Shown here piece by piece: positions 25,006 to 33,724 of a stretch of DNA of 56,750 bases; position 1 is the stretch's first letter, and each line of letters begins with the position of its first letter. The notes under the pieces are model-generated. The model was not told the origin of the DNA and searched no databases. It saw nothing but the letters and a program-made list of their open reading frames with translations. The DNA is taken from IMG/VR virus record IMGVR_UViG_3300009100_000003, positions 1 through 56,750 of that record; one strand, given 5' to 3'. The DNA is from a virus. The translations under genes were made by a program, and so were the position numbers.

Positions 25006-25584
25006 GTGACTGACGAGGGTCAGGGCGAAGGTCGTCAGACGTGCGGCGCCCGGAAGCGCAACGGCACCGGGACCTGCGGACGACCTGCCGGATGGGGCAC
25101 CGATCACGTCGGCGTGGGCTCTTGCAAGTTGCACGGTGGCTCGACGCGGAACGGTCGGAAGCACGGCCGCTCGCTCGCTGCGGCGAAGGCCCTGACCACG
25201 CTCGCGATCCCGGTTGTGGGTGATCCGATCAAGGTCCTCGAGGCCGCGATCGAGAGCGCGTACGGGTTCCTGCTCGGAGCTCGGAGGCTGCTCGCGGACA
25301 CGCTCGACGAGGACCAGGCGGACGGGCTCCCGTTCACCGCGGAGGAGGCTGCCGAGCTCTACGGTCAGGCGATCGACCGCGCCGCCCGGACCGCGAAGTT
25401 CGGCGTGGATGCGAAGCTCGACGAGGCGCGCCTCACCATCGCTCGCGAGCTCGCGGAGCGGGTGATCATCGTCGTCCGCGTCGGGCTCGACGTGTTCGAG
25501 CGCACCGGCAACCGCGAGGAGGCTGAGCGTGCCATCGTGGCCGAGCTCCGCTCAGCTGCGCCGGTCGGCGACGGGCTGAACTGA
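25006..25584 (+). CDS. Putative terminase small subunit
   Basis: It lies just upstream of TerL. The N-terminal Cys/His knuckle is CGARKRNGTGTCGRPAGWGTDHVGVGSCKLHGG, followed by a helical domain. The call rests on position and architecture only. Confidence 0.5.
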   Translation: MTDEGQGEGRQTCGARKRNGTGTCGRPAGWGTDHVGVGSCKLHGGSTRNGRKHGRSLAAAKALTTLAIPVVGDPIKVLEAAIESAYGFLLGARRLLADTLDEDQADGLPFTAEEAAELYGQAIDRAARTAKFGVDAKLDEARLTIARELAERVIIVVRVGLDVFERTGNREEAERAIVAELRSAAPVGDGLN

Positions 25585-25622
25585 GCACCCTCGCAGAACG
25601 GCCGGTTGTCGGCCGGCTCGTC

Positions 25623-26000
25623 GTGCCGTACATGGTCGATGCGACCCGCGTCCCGATCGACTTCAAGGCGCTCGACTCCGCCCACGTCGACGAGTGCGCG
25701 ACGCGGACGCGCTGCGGGATCTGCGGTGCTCGGATCCGGCGTGGACCGATCGCGTTCATCGGGCCGGCGGATGGTCGGACGTGCTTCGCCGATCCGTGGA
25801 TGCATCCCGAGTGCGCGACGCTGGCGCTCGAGCAGTGTCCGTTCCTCGCGGGCCGGCGCAACTGGCGCGAGGAGGAGGCGCGGACCGACGCGCTGCTCGC
25901 ACCGTACGATCGGATGGTCCGCATCCTCGCCGACAACTGGCGTTCGCACCGAGACGGGTTCGGGCGCTGGCACTTCGAGGCCATCGGCCAGATGCGATGA
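25623..26000 (+). CDS. Cys-rich hypothetical protein between TerS and TerL (125 aa)
   Basis: It contains CGICG...C...HPEC...C. ATGA overlap with the TerL start. Confidence 0.55.
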   Translation: MPYMVDATRVPIDFKALDSAHVDECATRTRCGICGARIRRGPIAFIGPADGRTCFADPWMHPECATLALEQCPFLAGRRNWREEEARTDALLAPYDRMVRILADNWRSHRDGFGRWHFEAIGQMR

Positions 26001-27442
26001 GCGCCGACCCGCTCGCCCTCGCCGCCGATCTCCTCGAGTCCGGGATCATCACCCGGCCGCGGGACTGGCATCCGCGCCATCACCAGGTGCCGCCTCCGGG
26101 CGACTGGGACACGTGGGCGCTCATCGGGGGCCGGGGCTGCGGCAAGACGGACGGCGGAGCGGCCTACGTCAAAGCGCACGTCGCGGGACCGGCGTGCCTC
26201 GCCGGCGCTCAGCCTCACCGGATCTCGATCATCGCCCCGACCCTCGGCGACGCGGTTGACGCGTGCGTCACGGGACCGTCGGGGATCAAGGCCCACGATC
26301 CCTCCGCGCGGATGGTCCAGGCGATCGGCGGGACGTACGTCCGGTGGCCGAACGGCTCGGAGGCCAAACTGTTCGGGGCGTTCACGCCCGAGGACGTCGA
26401 GCGATTCCGAGCAGGCGGTAACCGCTGCCTCGCATGGCTCGAGGAGTTCGCCGCGTGGCGGCTCATCGCCGAGGTCCTCGAGCAGATTGACTACGGTCTC
26501 CGACTGGGCCCGAAGCCGCGCAAGATCGTGACCTCGACCCCGAAGCCAAAGAAGGCGCTGCGGGCCCTGCTCGCCGACGAGGGGACGGTCCGGACCTTCA
26601 CGGAGGACGGCCGGATCCCGACGATGGATGACAACCCGGACCTGCCGCTCGCGGTGCGCGAGACGCTCATCCGCAAGTACGGCGGCACCCGCCTCGGCCG
26701 GCAGGAGCTCAAGGGCGAGATGCTCGAGGACACGCCGGGCGCCTACTGGTCGTGGGAGTCGATCGAGCGCAACCGCATCCCCGAGGGCGCGCCGCTGCCT
26801 GACTTCGGGCGGGTCGTCATCGCCGTCGATCCGGCGACGACGTCGACCGACGAGTCCGACGAGACCGGCATCATCTCGACCGCACGGGCGATCATCGAAG
26901 CGCATCCGATCCTGCGGCCCGAGATCGCGAACATGGACGTCATCCACCCCGACCGACCGCACGCCCATTACTACGTCCTCGACGACGCCTCGCTGCGCGG
27001 CAGCCCGCACGCCTGGTCAACCGAGGCGGTCCGGTTGTACGACCGCCGCTCCGGCGACGTGATCATCGGCGAGCAGAACAATGGCGGCGATATGGTCGAG
27101 TCCACCGTCCGGACCGTCCGGGCGAACCTGCCGTATCGCAAGGTGGTCGCGAGTCGCGGGAAGGACGTTCGGGCGGAGCCGATCTCGGGCCTGTACGAGC
27201 AGGATCTCGTCCATCACGTCGGCATCCTGCCCGAGCTCGAGGATCAGATGACCTCGTTCACCGGTCCCGGCTCGATCGAGCATGACGACCGGCTCGACGC
27301 CGCGGTCTACGGACTGACCGAGCTCAGCGCCTCCGGGGTTGCGGTCATGGCCGGGACAGTCCAACATGGGCGCGCCACTTCCCGGACGAGGACGACGCGT
27401 GCCTACACGAACCCGCGGGGCGAGGAGCCGGTCCGACACTGA
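25997..27442 (+). CDS. terL: Terminase large subunit
   Basis: Walker A is LIGGRGCGKT and the Walker B-like motif is CLAWLEEF. The nuclease half has VIAVDPATTS...DETGII and ...HDDRLDAAVYGL. ATG 25997 overlaps the upstream stop. Confidence 0.9.
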   Translation: MSADPLALAADLLESGIITRPRDWHPRHHQVPPPGDWDTWALIGGRGCGKTDGGAAYVKAHVAGPACLAGAQPHRISIIAPTLGDAVDACVTGPSGIKAHDPSARMVQAIGGTYVRWPNGSEAKLFGAFTPEDVERFRAGGNRCLAWLEEFAAWRLIAEVLEQIDYGLRLGPKPRKIVTSTPKPKKALRALLADEGTVRTFTEDGRIPTMDDNPDLPLAVRETLIRKYGGTRLGRQELKGEMLEDTPGAYWSWESIERNRIPEGAPLPDFGRVVIAVDPATTSTDESDETGIISTARAIIEAHPILRPEIANMDVIHPDRPHAHYYVLDDASLRGSPHAWSTEAVRLYDRRSGDVIIGEQNNGGDMVESTVRTVRANLPYRKVVASRGKDVRAEPISGLYEQDLVHHVGILPELEDQMTSFTGPGSIEHDDRLDAAVYGLTELSASGVAVMAGTVQHGRATSRTRTTRAYTNPRGEEPVRH

Positions 27443-27488
27443 CCCGACCGGCCACGAGGCACCGGCGACCTCGGCGCACTCGGTCAAG

Positions 27489-29015
27489 ATGCTCTCGTAC
27501 GTCCTCAAGGCCGAGGTCCCTGCCTCGCGCCAGATCCGGGACCCGTTCGAGGAGATCGCCGCCTACGCCGGCGGGCTGGCGATCGAGCCGCCTCTGGATC
27601 CGGAACGGCTGCTCATGCTCGCCGACGAGTCCGCTCCTCATGGTGCGTGTCTCGACGCGGTCGCCGATGACACCGTCGGCCGGGGCTGGACGCTCGAGCC
27701 CTCCCGTCAGACGCCGGGCACCGAGACGTCGGACGAGTCGGCCGCGACACCGTCAGGAACGGCAGACGAGAACATCGACGACACGAAACTCGCGGATGCG
27801 GTCGCGCAGCTGGACGAGGCGCTCGAGGCGATCACGCCCGACTACACGTTCGCCGAGCTCCTGTGGCAGGCCGAGTGGGAGCGCCGGGCGATCGGCTGGT
27901 CCGCTTGGGAGATGGTCAACGATCCCGGGGGCAAGCTCGGCGCGATCTACCCGGTCCCGGGGCAGACGCTCCGCTGCACGCCGGATCCGGACGTGTTCGT
28001 CCAGTGGCGCGGCGGCAAGGTCGTCTACTTCGCCCGGTTCGGCTCGGGCAAGCGGATCGACGCGCTCTCCGGCAAGGGCATCGATGGCAACGATGCCGGC
28101 CAGCGGCGCACCCGAAACGATCCGAAGGTCGAGAACCTCGCGACCGAGGTCCTCGTGTTCCGCGGCTACTCGTCGCGCTCGAAGTGGTATCCGATCCCGC
28201 GATGGGCGCCGGCCATCCCCGCGATCGCCGAGCTCACCGCGATCCGCGAATACAACGTCACCTGGTACGGCTCCGGCGGCGTCGTCGATCGGGTCATCCA
28301 TGCTCGTGCCGGCGACGGGCCCGCAGCGCAGAAGCTCGCCGACGACATCCTCGCGCAGCTGAACGAGGCGTCCGCGAACGGCGACGGGCACGTGACCATC
28401 GTCACCGGTGGCGATGAGAAGTCCGCGGTCGAAGCCGTGTTCCTCGCCCCGACCGTCGGCCGGCGTGATGGGCAGTTCGGCAACCGTCGGTCGGACCTCC
28501 TCGAGGAGGTCCTCATGGCGCACAAGGTCCCCGGCTACCGAATCGCCCGTGCCATCGTCGGCTCGCTCGGCGGAGCTCCGACCCGAGAGATGCTCCACTC
28601 GTACCGGACGGGCACGGTGGAGACCGATCAGAACCTCCTCGAGCATCGACTCAACGCGACCCTGTTCGGGCCGAAGGCGATCAAGCTCTCGGGCTATCGG
28701 TGGGTGCTCGTGGATCTCGACTGGGACGAGACCGAGCTCGACCTCAAGATCGCCTCGACCGCAGTCGAGCAGGGCATCGCGCAGCCGGCCGAGGGCCGCA
28801 CGATCCTCGGGCTGTCGCAGTCCGACGACCCGGCGCTCAAGGGGTTCTATTACAAGGGGCAGCCCCTCGGGCAGCCGCGGCCGGCCGCCCAGGCGACGCC
28901 CTTCGGAGCGGCGACCCGCGAGACCGCGCTGCTCAACGAGCTTCGGGTCGAGGTCCGCCGCCGGCTCGCCTCGCGGAGCAACGGGCACTCGACCGACCCT
29001 CTCCCCGTCGGCTAA
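27489..29015 (+). CDS. Portal protein
   Basis: It follows TerL. IEPPLDPERLLMLADESAPHGACLDAVADDTVGRGWTLEP resembles the N-terminal region of PBSX/HK97-type portals. The size is 508 aa. Confidence 0.85.
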   Translation: MLSYVLKAEVPASRQIRDPFEEIAAYAGGLAIEPPLDPERLLMLADESAPHGACLDAVADDTVGRGWTLEPSRQTPGTETSDESAATPSGTADENIDDTKLADAVAQLDEALEAITPDYTFAELLWQAEWERRAIGWSAWEMVNDPGGKLGAIYPVPGQTLRCTPDPDVFVQWRGGKVVYFARFGSGKRIDALSGKGIDGNDAGQRRTRNDPKVENLATEVLVFRGYSSRSKWYPIPRWAPAIPAIAELTAIREYNVTWYGSGGVVDRVIHARAGDGPAAQKLADDILAQLNEASANGDGHVTIVTGGDEKSAVEAVFLAPTVGRRDGQFGNRRSDLLEEVLMAHKVPGYRIARAIVGSLGGAPTREMLHSYRTGTVETDQNLLEHRLNATLFGPKAIKLSGYRWVLVDLDWDETELDLKIASTAVEQGIAQPAEGRTILGLSQSDDPALKGFYYKGQPLGQPRPAAQATPFGAATRETALLNELRVEVRRRLASRSNGHSTDPLPVG

Positions 29016-30587
29016 GTGGTCCGCACGGCCGCGCGCCGGCGTCCGCGGCCGGTCGCATACGCAGAGCCCGATCCCCTCTACGGACTCCTCGACGAGGACC
29101 TCGAGCTCCTCGACGCCGCGATCGAGGCCATCCTCAAGGCGCGCGCCCCGAAGCCTCCGGCCGGGACCGCAGAGCGATGGGAGCGCCCGATTCGCCGCGA
29201 GCTCCGCCGGCTCTCGGAGGACGTCGGCGACGCGATCGACGCGCTCGAAGTTCGGCGGTCGTGGTGGGTTCGCAAGGCCGACCCGTCGGACTTCTCGGTC
29301 AAGCCGGCAGTGTGGTCGCGATTCGAGCGCGAGCTCGGCGACGTGCTCGAGGAGATGTACGGCGCCGTCGGCGAGGCAGGATTCGCCGCGGTCGCGGGCG
29401 AACTGGGCATCGCTCTCGACTACGGCATCCGTCAGGAGATCGCCGACCCTGTCCTCGACGAGGTCGGCCGGCGGGTGACGATGATCTCCGACGCCTCGCG
29501 GAACGAGCTCGCGGATGCGGTCGGGACGGCGACGTCGCGCGGCTACTCGGTCGAGCAACTCGTCCGCGGCGTCGCCGGCGATGGGTTCTCGGGTCTCCGG
29601 CCGATGGTCGATCGCTGGCAGGCCATCGCCCCGGTCTCGACGTCGATCGATCGGGCGACGCTCATCGCCCGGACCGAGACCGCGAACGCGTACAACCTCG
29701 CGACGATGGACGCGTACCGGGCCTCGAACCTGGTCGCCGAGGTCAACGTGTTCGATGGCGGCAACTGCGGCTGGACGACGCACACCGATCCCGACCTCGC
29801 GAACGGATCCCGCCGGACACTCGACGAGGCACGGGCGCACCCGACAGCGCATCCCTCGTGCCAGAGGGCATTCGGGGCGATCGTTCGCGGGGCGCCGCCT
29901 CCGGGCTCGCCCTACGCGCAGCGAGTCACCCCGCCTCAGGTCGGGCCACGACCGACTGCGGATGCGCTCGAGCTCCGGGCGCGCGCGATCCAGGCGCGGG
30001 CGTTCTCATCGGCGGAGGCTGCCGAGAAGGCGGTCACGTCGACCCTGCGCGACCTCGAGACCCGGACCGGGGGAACCCTCGCGGGCCTGAACTTCCGGCT
30101 CAAGATCGACGGCGAGCGGACGGTCGAGAAGGTCCTCGGCGACGTCGCAGCTGGTGACCCGATCGAGCGCGCTAGGCAGGTCAAGGACGCGCTGCGGTAC
30201 ACGCTCATCTACCCGGAGGATCGGTTGTGGGCCGGCGCTCGCGCGGTCGAGGCGGAGCTCACCCGGCTCGGCTACTCGACGATCAAGTGGAAGCCGAACT
30301 GGACGAACCCGCTGTCGCGCGACCTCAACACCGCGTTCCGAGCTCCGAACGGGAGCCGGTTCGAACTGCAGTTCCACACCCCGACCTCGTTCGAGCGGAA
30401 GATGAACGGCGGGCCCGGCGGACAGCGCCCGTCGCACGAGATCTACACCGAGCTCCGGTCGCTGCCGCAGGATGCGGTGTCGGCTCGACGGTCACTCGAG
30501 GACGAGCTCCGAGCTCTGTGGGCCGACGTCCCGATCCCGGCCGGCGAACCGTACTTCGCCGAGATCGTCGAGGACCTACTGCCGTAG
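29016..30587 (+). CDS. MuF / SPP1 gp7-like head-morphogenesis protein with an extra ~190-aa C-terminal RelA/SpoT-like (toxSAS-like) domain
   Basis: MuF core: IARTETANAYNLATMDAY...VFDGGNCGW...HPSCQRAF. C-terminal domain from about nt 30000: RLKIDGERTVEKV, VKDALRYTLIYPED, SRFELQFHTPTSFERK and SHEIYTELR. Confidence 0.85.
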   Translation: MVRTAARRRPRPVAYAEPDPLYGLLDEDLELLDAAIEAILKARAPKPPAGTAERWERPIRRELRRLSEDVGDAIDALEVRRSWWVRKADPSDFSVKPAVWSRFERELGDVLEEMYGAVGEAGFAAVAGELGIALDYGIRQEIADPVLDEVGRRVTMISDASRNELADAVGTATSRGYSVEQLVRGVAGDGFSGLRPMVDRWQAIAPVSTSIDRATLIARTETANAYNLATMDAYRASNLVAEVNVFDGGNCGWTTHTDPDLANGSRRTLDEARAHPTAHPSCQRAFGAIVRGAPPPGSPYAQRVTPPQVGPRPTADALELRARAIQARAFSSAEAAEKAVTSTLRDLETRTGGTLAGLNFRLKIDGERTVEKVLGDVAAGDPIERARQVKDALRYTLIYPEDRLWAGARAVEAELTRLGYSTIKWKPNWTNPLSRDLNTAFRAPNGSRFELQFHTPTSFERKMNGGPGGQRPSHEIYTELRSLPQDAVSARRSLEDELRALWADVPIPAGEPYFAEIVEDLLP

Positions 30588-30824
30588 GGCGCGCTCGAGC
30601 TCCGCGGCCTGCTCGGGGGTGATCGGCGTCGCGTCGGTCACGCCGCCGGCGCCCGTGAAGTAGCCGGCACCTTCGGACGCGAAGATCCACTCGCCCGTGT
30701 CACGGTCGAGGACCTCGTAGCGCACACCTTCGGATCCGACGACTCGGCGGGCGAGGCCGTACACGAAGCCGCCGGACTCGAGCTCGGCATACCACGTGTC
30801 GGAGGGATTGATCCAGAGGGTCAT
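30576..30824 (-). CDS. Small protein (82 aa), convergent with the MuF gene and overlapping its 3' end by 12 nt. It is a candidate immunity or antitoxin protein.
   Basis: The product is MTLWINPSDTWYAELESGGFVYGLARRVVGSEGVRYEVLDRDTGEWIFASEGAGYFTGAGGVTDATPITPEQAAELERALRQ*. G+C at third codon positions is high. It is the last gene of the leftward operon. Confidence 0.65.
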   Translation of the reverse strand: MTLWINPSDTWYAELESGGFVYGLARRVVGSEGVRYEVLDRDTGEWIFASEGAGYFTGAGGVTDATPITPEQAAELERALRQ

Positions 30825-30826
30825 GA

Positions 30827-31642
30827 TCAGGACTCCTGCCCGGCTGGCGCCGCCGAGCGCGCGTGCAGGATCGACGCCAACCGGAGCCGATAGCGTACCC
30901 CGTCGATGCGACGCCACGCGTCCCGGTTCGCCAGCGGGACCAGCACGCACGGACTCATGAGATACCAGCGCGGCAGCGCGAGGAGGACGACGATCGGCAT
31001 CGTCCAGGGCCGTCCGGTCAGGGCGCCCCACGCGAGGAGCGGGACCGCGATCCCGAGCCGGAGCACGAGCCACGACGGGGTGACCGGATCGAAGTCATGC
31101 AGGAACGCCGGGTAGGCGAGCCACGCCTGCGGAGCGATCGCGAACGAGATCCCGACGATCGCTGCAGTGGCACCGAGCCCGATCGCGAGCTTGCGCCACT
31201 CGCCCCGGAACGCGTGCCACAGGATCCCGATCCCGACCGAGGACTTCGAGATGAACGCGAACGCCCACGTGCCGGGGTAGCGAATGCCGTACCAGGCGGC
31301 GGCAGTGAGCGCGATGTTCACGTTCCCTGCGTTGATATCCGAGGCGACCGGGCTGAGCACGAACACGAGCGGCAGGAGCGGCCCGACGAGCGCGTACAGG
31401 GCGACGAGCTCGACCGCTCGAACGATTGCGACGAACGCCTCGAACGGGAGCCCGAGGAGCGGGCTGATCAGCTGCGCGAACGCTGGCGTGTAGACGTACG
31501 CCGCGCTCGAGCGGATGACGTACGGGTCATCGGGCACGACCGTCCAGTAGGCGATCGCGTCGACCGGCGATCCGCCTCCGAGCCACACGAGCCATACGGT
31601 GACGGCGAACGCGATCGCGAACGCCCGCGCGGCTAGGGCCAT
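30827..31642 (-). CDS. Polytopic membrane protein (about 8 TM), possibly a GT-C-type (DUF2029/GT87-like) glycosyltransferase
   Basis: 271 aa from ATG 31642, with hydrophobic helices throughout. AAYVYTPAFAQLISPLLGLPFEAF resembles the Y.Y(P/T)P..A...P motif of DUF2029 enzymes. The function is tentative. Confidence 0.7.
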   Translation of the reverse strand: MALAARAFAIAFAVTVWLVWLGGGSPVDAIAYWTVVPDDPYVIRSSAAYVYTPAFAQLISPLLGLPFEAFVAIVRAVELVALYALVGPLLPLVFVLSPVASDINAGNVNIALTAAAWYGIRYPGTWAFAFISKSSVGIGILWHAFRGEWRKLAIGLGATAAIVGISFAIAPQAWLAYPAFLHDFDPVTPSWLVLRLGIAVPLLAWGALTGRPWTMPIVVLLALPRWYLMSPCVLVPLANRDAWRRIDGVRYRLRLASILHARSAAPAGQES

Positions 31643-31747
31643 CGGACGATCTCGGGGCGGAACCACCAGCGCCAGTGACCGTTACGGTGGACCTCGTGCG
31701 CCACGCGAGCGGTGCAGCGGCGACCGGCGAACCGATCGCCGCAGCGG

Positions 31748-31855
31748 CTAGCCACAGGGGCCTCCGTTGATCGTCGCCACGAGCAGCGCGGCGGCGAGCA
31801 GCACGGCCGCGAGCCCGATCGACCCGATCCACACGAGATCGACGAGGTCGCTCAT
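31748..31855 (-). CDS. Small single-pass membrane protein (35 aa)
   Basis: The product is MSDLVDLVWIGSIGLAAVLLAAALLVATINGGPCG*. ATGA overlap with the upstream gene. It is below the ORF-track cutoff. Confidence 0.4.
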   Translation of the reverse strand: MSDLVDLVWIGSIGLAAVLLAAALLVATINGGPCG

Positions 31856-32157
31856 TCGTCCCCTCCCTTCGCGGTGATCTGCTGGACGAGCGGGTTTGAG
31901 ACGCCGGCCGCAGTCGCGATCGTCCGGAGCGGGATGTCGAGTGCCCGGGCTGCGCGGATCGCGTAGTCGCGCTCGGCCCGTCGGGCGTCGAGGGCTGCCT
32001 TTGCAGCCGCATACGCCTCGCCTCGAACCTGGACCCGGCGAAGCGCCGTGTCCGTGTCGAGGGTGGGCGCGAGATGACTCGGGTCCTGTCCGAGTCCCTG
32101 AACCTTGCGGGCCATCTCGGCGGGCCAGCCGGTCCACGGGTCACGCGTCGTCGTCAT
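31852..32157 (-). CDS. Helix-turn-helix protein (101 aa)
   Basis: ATG 32157. The C-terminal ARALDIPLRTIATAAGVSNPLVQQI is HTH-like. Confidence 0.6.
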   Translation of the reverse strand: MTTTRDPWTGWPAEMARKVQGLGQDPSHLAPTLDTDTALRRVQVRGEAYAAAKAALDARRAERDYAIRAARALDIPLRTIATAAGVSNPLVQQITAKGGDE

Positions 32158-32435
32158 CGTCCGTACTCCTCGGTGAGGACGCCCGGGGGCTGCCCGAGCG
32201 TCGTGCGGTTGAGCGCGTAGGCGCCATCGGAGAGCCGGCGCGCGATGGGTGCGGGCCCGTACCCCCACGGGTCCCGGAAGTCGTCCGCGAGATGCTCGCC
32301 GCAGCGCGGCTCATCGGATGCGAGGTCGACCGCGATCGATGGCGAACCGCAGGTCTCGTGGTCGTACGAGTCGAACACCCGCCACGACCAGGTGTAGCGG
32401 CAGGCGCCGCCGGTGAGCTCCTCGAGGGGGATCAT
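32154..32435 (-). CDS. Hypothetical protein (93 aa)
   Basis: ATGA overlaps at both ends. The sequence begins MIPLEELTGGACRYTWSWRVFDSYDHETCG... Confidence 0.55.
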   Translation of the reverse strand: MIPLEELTGGACRYTWSWRVFDSYDHETCGSPSIAVDLASDEPRCGEHLADDFRDPWGYGPAPIARRLSDGAYALNRTTLGQPPGVLTEEYGR

Positions 32436-32707
32436 CGGTCGGCCTTGCCATCGGTCCCGACGAACCACGGGGTTTCGCGGTCGTCACTCTCGAAGTATTC
32501 GGGCGCGTCGGCCGTCCGCTCCCACAGGAACCCGTACCGGATCCCGCCCGTGTGCCAGCCGGTCGCGGGGTCGCGAGCCTCGTTGACCGCCCGCGTCGCC
32601 TCGTCGACGGACGGGAAGTACCCGAGCTCGCGCTCCCGATCGGCAGCCTCACCCTCGGAGTCGTGGTAGAGGACCGCCTCGTACACCGGGCGGTTGCGCC
32701 GCTTCAC
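32432..32707 (-). CDS. Hypothetical protein (91 aa)
   Basis: GTG 32707 overlaps the upstream stop (GTGA). The sequence begins VKRRNRPVYEAVLYHDSEGEAADRERELGYFPSVDEATRAV... Confidence 0.5.
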   Translation of the reverse strand: MKRRNRPVYEAVLYHDSEGEAADRERELGYFPSVDEATRAVNEARDPATGWHTGGIRYGFLWERTADAPEYFESDDRETPWFVGTDGKADR

Positions 32708-33015
32708 GGCGTCCACCGTGGGTAGAGGCAGAGCGCGTAGCCGGCCCACGGCTCGGCGTACACGCCAGCTGCGCGACCGACCGCGTCCGTGTTGATCGCG
32801 ACCGCCCAGTCGGAGAACATCGACGACTCGAGGAGGATCGTCGGTGTCGGGACGCCGGGCCACGTCCACGCCATGTTGAGCTCGGGCCCGTCGCCGTGGT
32901 AGGCGGCATCCGGTCCGGTCGGGACCTTCGCCCCGGTCCGATACACGCGCCGGATCTCGAGCGCGACTGCGGCGAGGGCCTTGTCGGCCTGGGCCTTTGT
33001 GACCTTCCGGGCCAT
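32704..33015 (-). CDS. Hypothetical protein (103 aa)
   Basis: ATG 33015 follows GGGAGGCAGCTGAG. The composition is protein-like. Confidence 0.6.
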   Translation of the reverse strand: MARKVTKAQADKALAAVALEIRRVYRTGAKVPTGPDAAYHGDGPELNMAWTWPGVPTPTILLESSMFSDWAVAINTDAVGRAAGVYAEPWAGYALCLYPRWTP

Positions 33016-33016
33016 C

Positions 33017-33631
33017 TCAGCTGCCTCCCTTCACGCCGTAGGGGAGATGGTCATTGACGAACACGTAGCTCGCGAGGAAGTGGACGAGCAGCGCCCGCGG
33101 ATGCGTCCGCGAGAAACTGAACGCCGGATCTGAGCCGCGCGACCCGAGCGTCCCGGACGAGTCGCCGAGGGTCGCCGTCCCGTCGGGGTTCAGCCACGAG
33201 GAGACCGAGTAGCCGAGGTCGATCATCCCGTCGAACCGGCGACCCGAGAAGCCCGCGAGGGCGTCCTTCACGTCGCGGCTCCGAGGAGCGCCGGCCTTGA
33301 GGACCGGAGCCCACCGACCGTCCCGGTGATCGACGTCCGCGTAGTTCGTGACGACAGGCCCGTAGGGCTTGTCATCGGAGTCGACCCGGGTCCAGGCGTT
33401 CGTGACCGTCCCGTCGTACCACACGTTGACCGACGCGCCGCCGGAGTACGAGTCCGACCGGACGTAGAACTTCGTGCCGGGGAACCGCGCTGCGAGGGTG
33501 GACCGGACGAGCGCGGCGGTGTCCGCCCATCCGACGTAATAGATCGGCGACCCGGCCCGATCACTCGGGGTCGAGGCCGCGACCTTCGCATAGACCGGAT
33601 GGTCTCGCGAAGGGGCCGAAGTGAGGGTCAT
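33017..33631 (-). CDS. LPD29-like protein, a type found on plasmids and ICEs (204 aa)
   Basis: LVRSTLAARFPGTKFYVRSDSYSGGASVNVWYDGTV resembles the hallmark '..FPg.KFsVrs..ysGG.Si.V.W.DGp' of large-polyvalent-protein-associated domain 29. It is the first gene behind the promoter at 33683-33710. Confidence 0.65.
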   Translation of the reverse strand: MTLTSAPSRDHPVYAKVAASTPSDRAGSPIYYVGWADTAALVRSTLAARFPGTKFYVRSDSYSGGASVNVWYDGTVTNAWTRVDSDDKPYGPVVTNYADVDHRDGRWAPVLKAGAPRSRDVKDALAGFSGRRFDGMIDLGYSVSSWLNPDGTATLGDSSGTLGSRGSDPAFSFSRTHPRALLVHFLASYVFVNDHLPYGVKGGS

Positions 33632-33637
33632 CCCTGA

Positions 33638-33652
33638 CCTCCGTACCTGCGG
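33638..33652 (-). promoter_or_regulatory. Leader motif CCGCAGGTACGGAGG (minus strand)
   Basis: 6 nt upstream of the start at 33631. Confidence 0.6.
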
Positions 33653-33682
33653 GGCCCGTCAGAGCGGCGGGCGCATCTAGAG

Positions 33683-33710
33683 TGTATAGCACCTTAGCAC
33701 CGGTCGTCAA
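33683..33710 (-). promoter_or_regulatory. Leftward promoter TTGACG-N16-TATACA with an extended -10 (TGC)
   Basis: The minus strand reads TTGACGACCGGTGCTAAGGTGCTATACA. It is near-identical to the elements at 34771-34798 and 37683-37710. Confidence 0.7.
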
Positions 33711-33724
33711 GTCGGCCGATGGTC

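Noticed and set aside
25466-29852. Minus-strand ORFs 25466-27010 (514 aa) and 27753-29852 (699 aa) opposite TerL, portal and MuF
   Set aside because: Their composition is Arg/Pro/Gly-dominated with no start context. The plus-strand genes there have unambiguous terminase, portal and MuF motifs.
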